64,000 nt of DNA from the NCBI GenBank assembly GCA_024137785.1, contig JAHRHZ010000217.1, positions 9,281,641 through 9,345,640 of the forward strand, read 5' to 3'. Of this stretch, positions 42,753 to 54,272 are shown in pieces (positions within the stretch are counted from its first letter, which is position 1; every line of letters begins with the position of its first letter). The position numbers and the translations under genes were made by a program. This stretch comes from Ginglymostoma cirratum (lineage: Eukaryota). The notes below the pieces were generated by a model. The model ran no database searches. It had not been told where the DNA came from and saw nothing but the letters and a program-made list of their open reading frames with translations.

Positions 42753-45353
42753 TGATGTGGTTCAATGGTTAAATTACTGGAACTGGAAGCATTGGGCAAA
42801 AGGCAAGGATGAAATCAGAACTGAGAGACCATTATCAGAAAAGGCTGGAGATCTTTTCTGTGGAAAGGAAAAGTCTGAGAGGTGACCTGAAGGGGATCTT
42901 TAAAATTCTGAAAGGGGGTGATGGGGTGGACATAGAGATATTTCCATTTGTCATTTGTGGAGAGTTCAAAATTAGGTGATGTGAAAGAAGTGTCGTGCAT
43001 AGCATAATTACCAGCAGAAATCTGTTGTGACATTATTCCTGTTTTGAAGTTGTAAAATTTAATGTAGTTCTCTGTAACTTTTAAGTGTTGGTGTGCTGTT
43101 ATAAAATTCCAGCTGCATTTTACGGCAGACACGAGGTCTCCAGGATGCAATAGAAAAATGAATTGAGTTTTCTATGCTGGAGGGAATGAATCATTGTGAT
43201 CTTTTGACACAATTTAAATAATTTGATATAGTCTGGCTAATAAAGTGCTCAGTCAGAGGAAAAATATATAGGTTGGCAGCCATATAGGTTGGAAATATAG
43301 GCAGCAAATATAGGTTGGAAAGATCTCCCCAAAGCTGGGGAGAGCACATTATCAAGATATCTCTTCTTCAGTCATATAGGTAAGTTCAACCCTTACTCAC
43401 ACCTCAGGACAGAACCTGCAGCAAACCAAAGAAAAATAACTGAAAACAAACAGTATTGCTGACAGGCAGTACGGTATAGCTGCTCAAAAGGAATTCCAGA
43501 GAGAAAATCAGCCAAAGTTCAAATATGTGTATAGTTTCCAAGAATACACGTTATAGAAATATTTACGAGTACTACAGGAGCCATTCCAAACAGATCAAAG
43601 CAAAGCCATGCAGCTTTGGTTGAAAGAGACTATCTGCTTATTGTAGTAGAAGGAGGCAAAGGTTCTGAGAAACCGAAATAAAAGAATTACTTATTCTCTT
43701 GTTACCTTTGAATGGTGGGAGATGTTTGTCATGAGATTATTACTCGGTGGCCTCCTGAGATGCCAAATAGAGTGACGTGTTCCATGAAGCAAAGTGTTCC
43801 ATGGGTCAGGGATTCATGGCAAGCAACTTTCAAAGATGAATAGGCTAATTAAATGGTCAGATGAAAGGCAGATGGAATTTAATATAGAGTTTTCTAAGGT
43901 GATGCATTTTGGCAATAGAGATAGAGAAAGGCAATGTCAACTTAACGGCACATTTCTTTAAAAAACGTGCAGGAATTTGCGGATACATATGCATGATCTT
44001 TGAAAATGGCAGGATACATTGACAGAGTGGTGAGCAAAACACATGGGATGTTATGTTTCTTAAATAGAGATATTGAGTAAGAAAGCAGGGAGGTTATGTC
44101 ATCAAGATCCATACTGCACAAATTTTGAATCATCCAAAATTCGACTGCATAAATCCTGCCGGCACTTGACTTCCTCACTGCCCTCCTTTATCTCTTCATT
44201 CCTCAATGTGTTGATTCCAAAATCTTCATCTTTGTTTACAAATCCCTCCACTCTCCCATCACAATCCAGCAACTTCATGTAACTATGTCTTTTAACTTTC
44301 TGATTCTGGCCTCCAATATATTCTGCCTTCCCTCTGCTTGCAGCGTTGGTGGCAGACCTTTGAAGCTTTCTTTGTTTACTGTCTATTGCTGCCTTCCTAA
44401 ACTGTCCGTGGTACTTCTTTCTTTGTCTTTAAAAGCATCCATAAATGATACATACCTTGAACTGTTTCATTATTTACCCTGTATCAATTTCCATATGGGG
44501 CATGACAAAATCTTCATTGTCTAAAGTTGTTGCAATAGAAAATGGCAGCCTTGCATATGACATTATTTTCTATGTGGTTATACTCAGCCACTGAGAGAAG
44601 GTCATGAGTGATAGCCTCCGAGCCAGCGGGTTCAAGTGCACCCTCAGGACTTGATGGCCGCAAAAGGTGTGTTGTAATGTGGCCGAGTGACTTAATAAAT
44701 CTGTAAATTCTTCCAATATGCCTTGGCAGGGAGTAACAGTGGGAAGGATTCCTGGTCAGCACAGAACCAGATGGTGGCTATGGCGCAACAGCCTCGTGAC
44801 ATTAAAAGATTTCCCGCACAGGTTCATGCCATAAGCAAGTGCCACCTTTGTTCCAAGGGACTTTGGTAAGCCACCACTGGCACATAGTAGCTCTCAAATC
44901 GTTGTACAGTAACAAAAACAACACATATCTCTGTTCTTGCAGTGCCAGCTGTAACTGACTGAGCTAGTGATTAACATCAACCACTCCAACCTGAATCTTT
45001 ACCCAGTCGCAAATGTCCTTCCTCCTCAGGGCATGAGGGAATTTTTAAATTTAGGATTGCGATTCCCACAAAAGTTTATATTTAAATATAGAAATGGAAG
45101 AGTCAGGATTCAGTGTGTGAATGCTAAATACTGAAGCCAAGCGTTGTATTTCAGTTAAGAAAGCAGTTATTTTGCTGTCCAACTGGACTTTTATGATGTT
45201 TAATACTTCATTCAGTAGCACCAAACAGGATCGATCCATCACAACTTATCACCAATGAGAAAATGTGAATTCAAATCACTTCTCAAGGCTTCACTTCAAA
45301 ATTCCTCGACATGCAATTACTACAGAAGTAAATAATCGTGTTTGAACAAACAC

Positions 45354-45682
45354 GGTGGCACGGTGGCTCAGTGGTTGGCACTGCAGCCTCACAGCGCTAG
45401 GGTCCTAGGTTTGATTCCAGCCCCAGGTGACTGTCTGTGTGGAGTTTGCACATTCTCCCTGTGTCTGCGTGGGTTTCCTCCAGGTGCTCCGGTTTCCTCC
45501 CACAGTCCAAAGATGTGCAGGCTAGGTGGATTGGCCATGCTAAATTGCCCATAGTGTTCAGGGGTGTGTGGGTTATAGGGGGATGGGTCTGGGTGGGATG
45601 TTCCAAGGGTCAGTGTGTACTTGTTGGGCCGAAGGGGCTGTTTCCACACTGTAGGGATTCTAATTCTTAAAAAAAAAAAAAA
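45354..45682 (+). mobile_element. HE1/V-SINE-like tRNA-derived SINE
   Basis: A box TGGCTCAGTGG, B box GGTTTGATTCC, V-domain GTGTGGAGTTTGCACATTCTCCC...TTCCTCCCACAGTCCAAAGA, CR1-like tail, then an A-run. Confidence 0.88.
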
Positions 45683-46734
45683 TTTTGCTCTTACTTGAGG
45701 AAGATCCAAATGTTGCTGCTTCAAATCATCATGTTGCCTGGCAGTGTTTTGTTGCCAGGCACCGTGGAGGAAATTTGCACAGGAAGGCCTATATCCATTG
45801 CCTTAATGACTGAGGTTTGACTTCTTCACTCAAGCAGAGAAGATTGCTGGATGCCTGTCCACACTCCTTGTGTAAATGATGCCATTCAGGTGGAGCGAAG
45901 GAATTAGCCACAAATCCAGCAATGATAGGAGGATGGTGACAGGACCTGTGTAAGGAGAGCACTGTAAAGTATTAAGTAATTTTATACAGGTTTATATGCC
46001 AGAAGAGCTCTTTCCACTCCTTTTGGTCTAACCCCATTGTGCTTCCAACTTTTTTTTCTTCCTACTTATCAGCTTCCCCTTAAGCACACCTATGTAGTGT
46101 GGCTCAACTACTCTTTGTGAAAGTGTTTGACTTTCTAGATGCCATCTGGGTAAAAATGTTCCTCCTGACTTCCTTATTAGATTTTTTAGTGACCAACGTA
46201 TATTAATGGTCCCCAGTTCTGGTCCCAACTGCAAGTGGAACTATCATGTGCATATTACCCTACCTAAACCCCTTGATAATCTTGAAAATTCCTAGCAGTT
46301 CTACCTTTCATCTATTTTCTCCAAGGAACATGTAAGGAGAAGTGGTCCAAGAGGGCAACTCACTTCTATTTTAAGTATACTTTTAGTGGTCCTATGCTTC
46401 ACAGAAAACCTTCTTCTAATTCTTAAAAACATTTTTTTGCAACTTGTCTTGCCATGTTTATCAGTCTTCATGCTCCTGATGCTGTAGCACTGCTTGTATT
46501 TCCTTCTACAGCAGTGGTAGGTTCTCCTGGCACATGATGTCCTCTCTCCCTCCCTTATAGGTAATGGTTGGCAGCCTAGGTATATGAGTAGACCAATGGA
46601 TAGAAGCTCTATACTGAAGTCCCCCAGCCCCTCCACAATAAGGATAAGATCAACCTAGGATCATATCCCTCTTCCTAAGCAATTATAGTGTCAGTATTAG
46701 GGTTGTGCCAATTGAAAGGTTGATAAAAGTCTTC

Positions 46735-47065
46735 TTCTTAGGCAGCACCTGGGATCATGAATGACATATTCTACTCTGGCTTTGATAGATGACTGACAAG
46801 TCCAATGAGTGATCTGCAGACTCTGCCACATTTGGGGAAGGTGGTGCTTGAAAGTTCGGAAAGAGTTGTTTGAAGGTTTGTTCACTTTCTCTGATTCCTC
46901 GACTGCCTCTTCATTCTCCTGACAAAGTCTCTCTCTCAATGTGTTTAGTACCTTCCCAAATGAACTTTGACCATTGTAGTCTGTTGCAAGCCGGGGATTC
47001 CCACAAGCCGGCTGGGACGCTTGGTCTTTTCAGGCATGCTTTGAAGACGTCCCTAAAGCCATTTC
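46735..47065 (-). mobile_element. RTE-clade LINE 3' fragment
   Basis: Minus strand gives FRDVFKACLK and PKCGRVCRSLIGLVSHL, the RTE C-terminal Cys/His motif. Confidence 0.65.
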
Positions 47066-48714
47066 TTGAGAAGTAATAAATGCCATTTTTTAACTAGGCC
47101 GGTCAATAGAGTTGGCTGTCAGAACGATACACTCAACAATAACTCGAATGTATTTTTACTGCTATTAATAGGAAATATATGCCAAGATCCTTTACATATA
47201 AATGCAAGAACACACCTATTTGCCTATGCAACAATGACTGCACCTCACAAGTCATATATTTGTGCCGTACTTTTCGTTACAAAATACTAATTAAATGCAG
47301 GTTCGCTGATATCCTAACATTCTTCCACAGTAGTGGGGCGTTTTTCCTGGGCTCAGTCAGCTCAGGTGATTCAGAGTCACAAAACATCGAATGAACTCAC
47401 GATTTCGATCCACAAACTTGCTCACAACTTTGGAGCGAACTGAACAGGCGATATTCCATGCAGTGTACATAATCTATTACTTCCCTCGATCTGCTAATTG
47501 TCTGATGACTGCTACAATGCAATGATTTCAAGGCCAGGATCAGTTGAAAGCTTATTTGATGGGAGAGTGTAAAGAGCGATTATTTCGTCTCAGTGCTCCC
47601 AGTGCTCTCCGGGAGTACATTACAGGAAAAACCCCTGATTTTCTGTCTACAAAAATTAATTTCCATACACTCACTTCCAGTGATTGGTGCGTGAAGCAGA
47701 AATCTCCCTGAGGGTTCTGCAGCACATTAGTGACAGTAAAATTAAAAATACAGCACTGATGTGTTGACTAAAAAGATGCAAGTTAAAAAGATACTTTTAC
47801 ACGCTTCTTTTCACTATGACCTCTATTAGCTTTGTTCTCTTCTTTTTCTGGTACTTGCACTCACATTTTTCAATAGTGTTCAATGTTGTCAGTTCTAACC
47901 TTTTCTGAAAACTGAAGAGGAGTTCTCAGAAGTACTTTTGTGAAAACAGCCTTATTTTTAACCTCTTGTAGTTCTGCTCAAGTCTTGTAGATGATGCATT
48001 AAGTTTAATGACTTTCTGATGACATTACAGTATGTGTTGTTTTTGAGAGATTTTAACTAAACGTGTCATTGAGTAAATTACAATTACAAAATAATTCCTA
48101 AACTAACCATAGTTAATATTCAAAAAAAAAAGCAAAAGTCCTGTAAATATAGCAACAAGAAATCCAAACCCTGTCTCCCTGTAAGAGGATGCTTCATTTT
48201 GCATTCATTTATAGTCACTTTGTGTGGAATCTAAGTGTAAGAGCTGAAGCAGCTCTTATTCATTATCAAAAATTGTATGTATGTATTCTGGAGCCCTTAG
48301 TGAGGCAAATTATCATCCTTTCAGCACCATGGTAATTTGTAAACTTAAATGGATCCTTAGGGCAAGATATCATTTTAACGTTAATAAAATTACAAATTAG
48401 AAGTAAATTCTTAGATGTTGGTTCCTTTCTCATTTAGTTATGGTGTTTCCTTCAAATGTCGAGGCATAATAGGCTATGGACCAAGTGCAGGCAACTGAGA
48501 TTACTACAGTTTGGTGTTTCTTGGTTGGCATAGATATGGTGGGCCAAAGGGCCTGTTTTTCTGCTATATGCCTCTAAATAGGGCACCATGGAATTTGCTG
48601 GATATCTCTGTCTTTCCTGTTTAGTTCCTTCTTTTTTCACAGCATTTTCGTATTATGGCTCCCACCATTTCAGACATCTATTGATATCTTATTTTATTTA
48701 CTGACCTTACTAAC

Positions 48715-49197
48715 CATAGTTGATTGATTGATTGCCGTGTATACCAAAATATAGTGAAAAGCTTTGTTTGCGAGCAGTACAGTCAGATCCACGGCAGCGA
48801 GCCGCGTAAATAGAGACCGTGGATGGAATGTTGACTTCCGTGATGGTCTGGGCTGTGCACACCCCCTTCTGTAGTTCTTACGGACCTGGGCAGAGCAATT
48901 GCCATACCAGGCGTTATGCACCCGGACAGTATGCTTTCAATGGCGCATCTGTAGAAGTCGGTGAGGGATCTTACGGACATGCCACATTTCCTGAGCTGCC
49001 TGAGGAAGAAGAAGCTTTGTTGTGTCCTTTTGACCGTCGTATTTATGTGGGACAGGATAGGTCATAGGTTATCGTCGCTCCAAGGAAATTGATGCTCATC
49101 ACTCTCTCAACTTCAGTCCTGTTGAAATAGATGGGGGTGTGTTCTCCTTCTTTCTTTCTCAAGCCGATGATTAGTTCTTTAGTTTTGATGACGTTGT
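48715..49197 (-). mobile_element. Rex1/Babar-type LINE 3' fragment
   Basis: KTKELIIGLRKK..PIYFN.TEVERV..FLG.TI..DLS and FYRCAIESILSGCIT.WYGNC are typical Rex RT C-terminal motifs. Confidence 0.75.
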
Positions 49198-50151
49198 TAT
49201 ATGGTATTATATAGTATATGACACCAAGTGGGTAAGAAGTGCAAAAGAGCGCATGAGACATGTAGGAAATTTTAAGGCTGCTGAGCCCAGATTTAAAAAT
49301 CTGTAAACCTTAAGAGAGTAGAAATGACTACGTGAGTGATAACATACATAATCTGAGGTGCTGGAGGGATTGAGCTCATGTTGCAGATGATGCAGTGGTC
49401 AGTTCAGTGATATTTAGCAAATTCTAGGAGAACAGAGACGGTGGGTGTTTTTTTTAGCAGACAAAATGCTGTAAACACTTCAGGTGTATGACAGTAACTG
49501 ATGAAAATGGTAACACTGTGATGCCTGCTTCATGTCCTTGGGTTTTCAAAGATCCAAGACATTATAATGCTCATAAAACACGTACCAAAACATCTTGCTC
49601 AACAGTCAAGTGAGTAACCTTTGCACACGAGCTTCGCATTGTAGTTTAGGTATCTAGGTGTTCTGTAAAATCTAATCTTATTAATTCTCCATGCAGGTTT
49701 TTTCTCAAATCAATTGGGATATGTGTAAGTCTCTTTTCCTCCTATTTAAAGAGGGCACTTAAATATTCTAAAATACATAGGATTATTTGTTTGTTCTTGT
49801 ATTCTGCATTTTCCACTGTTTGTGTGATGGTGTCCATCCCATCATAAGCATTTTAGGAGAATGGGACCTCTCTTCGGGATTTTACACAGATCTCTTGCCA
49901 GGAGACTATATTGTTTGGAGTCAACTGTGTTGATGTTGCTCATGTGAAGTTTCACTTATCTGGGACCTTAATGTAGAAAATGCATCAATGAGCACCAGGA
50001 GGAACAATAAAACAAAAAGTGGGCTTGTTTCACCTGCGTTGAAATGTTTGTCCAATTGTGAATGTTTACGAATAAATATTAGAATCAATAACTGGCTTTA
50101 ATGCATTTATGAGGGATTTCAAGCCAGAATAAAGACCCACTTGGATCCTTA

Positions 50152-50328
50152 GATAACACAGCGTGGAGCTGGATGAACACAGTAGGCCAGGCAGCATCAG
50201 AGGAGCAGGAAAGCTGACGTTTCGCGTCTGGACCCTTCTTCAGAAATCCTGCTCCTCTGGTGCTGCCTGGCCTGCTGTGTTCATCCAGTTCCACACCTCA
50301 TTATCTCAGACTCCAGTAGTTCCTCCTA
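50152..50328. mobile_element. 177-bp fold-back PLE-derived mini-element with a minus-strand hammerhead in the loop
   Basis: Inverted arms at about 50151-50210 and 50247-50308. Minus strand reads CTGAAGA-A-GGGTCCAGACGC-GAAAC-GTC (50216-50243). 15-bp TSD CCACTTGGATCCTTA at 50137-50151 and 50329-50343. Confidence 0.85.
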
Positions 50329-50659
50329 CCACTTGGATCCTTAATCTCTAACCTTCCCCACTATCCAGGGTCAGAGGTGGGGGCTGGGGAGGTGGTGGGG
50401 ACAGTGTTTATTGTTGCCTGTATCCCGCTGGTGAACACTTACATCACTTGGGATGCATCCCCAGGGTCAAAATGACCTGCAATGTGCTGTTCTGTGCCCC
50501 GTTAAAAAGTTGCACCCCAGAAGCTCAGAAGGTATCCGCATTTCAGTAATAAGGTGATTGCAATTTTGTACTTTTTAATAGGATGTCAGGGTGCAGTGAG
50601 CAGGTCCTAGAGTCAGAGAAGTGGACAGTCTTAATGGGGAGGCTAAGATGTTATGCGAT

Positions 50660-51480
50660 CAAAACAGAAAGTGCTCTAGAACCTCATTAGGTTCAGCAGC
50701 ATCTATGGAAAGAGAAACAGAGTTAGTGCTTTTCATCTGGTGTGGCGTTATCAGAACTGAAAGTGGTTAGAAAAGGTGTGTTATTTATGTTAGACAGAAG
50801 GGGAGCGAGACCAAATGGAATATATTGGAAGGCTGCACAGAGCCAAAGACGAAGGCAGAAGTCACATGACACCCGGTTATAGCTTTTGGAGCACAGCCCC
50901 TTTGTTAGGTACAGTGTGAGAGGAGAGCATGCAGACACAGAGTTTATAGGCAGAGAGATCAAGGGCGGAGAGATCAGAAAATTGTTCGACTGGTGTAAGT
51001 GGAGTGTCAGCTAATAGCTCTCTGAAGGCGACCAAGAGTGTTAGATGGTGAGTAAAGTCTTTGTAAAGTCGATGTCAGTCCCGTGCTGTCATGTCAATCA
51101 GGCAGAGCGATAGGAATATACAAAAGATGACATTTTAGGTCAGATACTGAACTGTAGGACTTTGCTGAATAAGGTAAACAAGACACAAACAGGACACGTG
51201 TGTGTTTGGCCAGGGTAGTAAGGGCTAAGGGGGAGGAGGGATGGTTTGAAGAATGTAAGAAAAATTGAAGTTACAGAGATCATGCTGTGAAGTTGTAGGA
51301 TTCAATATTGAGCCCTAGATGCTGTAAAATGCCGAGGTGGAACATGGTTAGCTGTCCCTCCAGCTGGCATTGTGCTTCAATGGAACAATGTAGTTGGCCC
51401 AGTACAGAAATTTTGCAGGTGAGCATGATGGTTTATTGAAATGGCAAGCAACCCTGGAAGATAGGGGTCATTCCCACAGA
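50660..51480 (-). mobile_element. Decayed 3' fragment of a second Penelope family
   Basis: Minus strand near 51290-51346 reads MFHLGILQHLGLNIESYNF, matching the PLE C-terminus IIFSLGTLQPNGINVDFTSF. It ends in the same tail and decayed hammerhead at about 50660-50760. Confidence 0.6.
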
Positions 51481-51964
51481 GAAAAATCAATTAGTCTCAA
51501 AACTCTGTTTCTCTGTCCGCAAGAATTTCTCTGGCATTTTCTATGTTTATTTCAGATTTTCTGCATTGACAGTATTTTGCTTTTTGTGAGATTTTTTACT
51601 GCTAGAAAAGTTTACAGACTCATAGGAAGGGACAAATTTGACCAGAATAATTTAGTTTAATTGCTTATCACATGGACCATGAAATGTTTGTGTTGGAACT
51701 TATATGATTTATAGCCGAGATGAACCAACAGCAAAATAATTAAGGATATTGATTGAGAAGCGGCACCTAGATCTTTGCGTTGTCTTTAAAACAACCATGG
51801 CCTGCAATCATTAGAATCCAATTTTGTCATTCAAAATGTATTTACTTAACACCTACAGACTGCTATTGAAGGATTGTTTATAAAAAAGTTGCACTTTTTA
51901 ATATCGTAAGTGATTTTCTTTTCCAGTGTCAGACATTATCTTCTGAACATGAACTCAACAAATA

Positions 51965-52150
51965 ACAGAAATAGAAACAGAAGTTGCTGGAAAAGCTCAG
52001 CAGGTCTGAGAACAGTTCTGAGGAAGGGTCACCGGAACCGAAACATTAACTCTAAATTTTTCTTCACCCATGCTGCCAGACCTGCTGAGCTTTTCCAGTG
52101 ACTACTGTTTTTGTTCCTGATTTACAGCATCTGCAGTTCTTTCCGTTTTT
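51965..52150 (+). mobile_element. Partial fold-back hammerhead element
   Basis: Inverted arm at 51975-52008, then AGTT-CTGAGGA-A-GGGTCACCGGAACC-GAAAC-ATT-AACT (core from 52018) and the shared tail. Confidence 0.75.
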
Positions 52151-52984
52151 AAATATTTGAAATACTGGCGCAATCTGCTTCTTTTTAATCCATGATCCTT
52201 GCTTAAACAATTACAAGTTGCATTCTAAGAAATTGTACGAGTGTAATGATTTGCCAAAAGTGCCGGTGAAGGTAACAACATCTGTGCAATTTTTTTCATC
52301 AGTGACCAGCCAGTTTCACCAAAACAATGCAGCTGTAATAAGTCCCTATGTCTGAGCCTGGAGGACTGGATTCAAGTCCCACCTGCTCCAGAGGTGTGTA
52401 ATAAGGGTTGATTAGAAATATCTGGAGATGAAACCGGTAAGAAATAGTGCAACACATGAAGGTTGAGCAATGACGATCTCCAATGAGTGAGAATGTAACA
52501 CCTCCCTTGACATTCATGACGTCACCATCACTGAATCCACTAGCATCAATGTCCTGGGCTTCACCCTCGACCAGGATGCTGCAACTACTAAAGCAGGCCA
52601 GAGGCTGGGAATTCTGCAGCAAGCGCCTAATCTCCCGATTCCCCAAAGCCTGTTGACCACCTACAAGCTGTGAGTCGGGAGAGTGTTGGAATTCTCTTCA
52701 TTGCTTAATTGAGAATGGTTCCAACAACACTCAGAAATAATCTTAAGACAGCCCAACCTGCGTAATCAGTACTTTCACCACATGGGCTGCAATAGTTCAT
52801 AAAGAGCCACCACCAATCTCTCTAGGGCACCTAGAGGTGGGTAATAAATGCTGGCCTAGCCAGTGATGCCTATATCTCCAGAGTGAATGCAGTACAGATG
52901 AGAAGAGCCAGAGGAGAAAGAAAACAAGCAAGCCAACAGATAGAAGGAAATAGTAGTGGAATGAACCTTAGTGTTTTTTCAATA

Positions 52985-53250
52985 ATAAAAGCAAAATACT
53001 GCAGATGCTGGAAATCTGAAACAAACACAGAAAATTCTGGTGAGATTTAGCAGGTCTGGCAGTATCTATGGAGGGAGAAACAAGAGTTAACGTTTTGAGT
53101 CCGATATGACTGTTTTTCAGAACTGAGTTCTTATTCTTCCGAAGCAGTTCCGAAGAAGAGTCATGTCAGGCTCAAAACCTTAACTTTGTTCTTTTTCCAA
53201 TTGTTGCTGCCAGGCCTGCTTCCTCCAACATTTTCTGTGTTTGTATCTGA
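52985..53250. mobile_element. Fold-back element with two back-to-back decayed hammerheads
   Basis: Left arm with a minus-strand motif at about 53085-53124, about 20-nt spacer, plus-strand motif at about 53146-53185, then a mirror-image tail. Confidence 0.7.
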
Positions 53251-53379
53251 CTTTGTTTTCCTGCTCACTTCCTAAACAAGAATCCCCAGCATTTTTGGAA
53301 GGCATTTTCTTTGATATTGATAGAAAATGGGTCTTTCCCTAGGATTCTTGAATGAGCTACTAACCTAATCCTCATGTCA

Positions 53380-53830
53380 TCTTAAAGTCCTCTGATTTTC
53401 TCCTCTGTAACATTGCTTGCCTTGGCCCCTGTATCAATTCATCTGCTGTTGAAGCCCTCTCCCATGCCCTTGTTACCCCTAGCTTTGACTTTTCCAATGC
53501 ATTCCTAACTGATTTCCCAAAGTCTAACCTTTGTAAGCTTGAGGTCATCCTAAACCCTGCTGCCCATGTTGTAATTCTACTAAGAGCCTTGTGCTCACAG
53601 ACCTACCTTGGGTCTTGGCCAAGCAACACCTTGATGTGTGCTCTTTATTTTCTAGTCTCTCTGTTAGACTTGCCCCTTCTGACCTCTACAATTTCTTCAA
53701 TCCCACAACCCTTCAAGACATCCCGTGCTCTTCTAATTCTGTCCACGTGTGTATTCCCAATCCTAATTGCCCACCTCTGGCGGCTGTCCTTTCAGCTGCC
53801 TGGGTCACTGCCCTAGAATCTTTTCACTAC
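53380..53830 (+). mobile_element. L2-clade LINE 3' fragment (similar remnants at about 44110-44520 and 55880-56340)
   Basis: Decayed version of the L2 motif AAETLIHAFVTSRLDYSNALL..LP..L.KL..IQN.AA. Confidence 0.55.
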
Positions 53831-53864
53831 ATTACTGCATCTTTCTGTGTCAACTTCTACTTTA

Positions 53865-54272
53865 ACATGGAGTTTAATCCAATCAAATGCGAGTTGATGC
53901 ATTTGGATGAACTCATGCATAAGGGAAGTATACGGTAAATGGCAGAACTTTTCCTAGCATCAGACTGAGGGATCTAGGCGTACAAGTCTACAGTTCCCCG
54001 AATGTGGCAAAACAAATAAAAAAGTGGTCAAGAGGGCATATAGCATGCTTGCTTCCATTGGTTGGGGCATGGAGTACAAAAATTGACAAGTCATGTCACA
54101 GCTGTGTAGAAGTTCAGTTAGGCATTTGGAGAAATACATGGATAGGAAAGGTTTAGAAGGATATGGGCCAAGCGCAGGGAAATGGGGTTGACGTGGATGG
54201 ATATTTGGTCAGCATGGGCCCGTTTGGGGTGCAGGGCCTGTCTTTGTGCGGTAGGACACTATGACTCTGACT
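53865..54272 (+). mobile_element. CR1 3' fragment, internally deleted
   Basis: MEFNPIKCELMH and a CTATGACTCT tail. Confidence 0.7.

Noticed and set aside
45354-45425. tRNA genes at A/B-box motifs
   Set aside because: They continue into SINE bodies and tails, with no full cloverleaf or oligo-T terminator.
48320-48340. REST/NRSE site TTCAGCACCATGGTAAT
   Set aside because: Only the left half matches; the GGACAG right half is absent.
50085-50351. Two opposite ORFs both starting MELDEHSRPGS
   Set aside because: This is an artefact of the inverted arms of the fold-back element.
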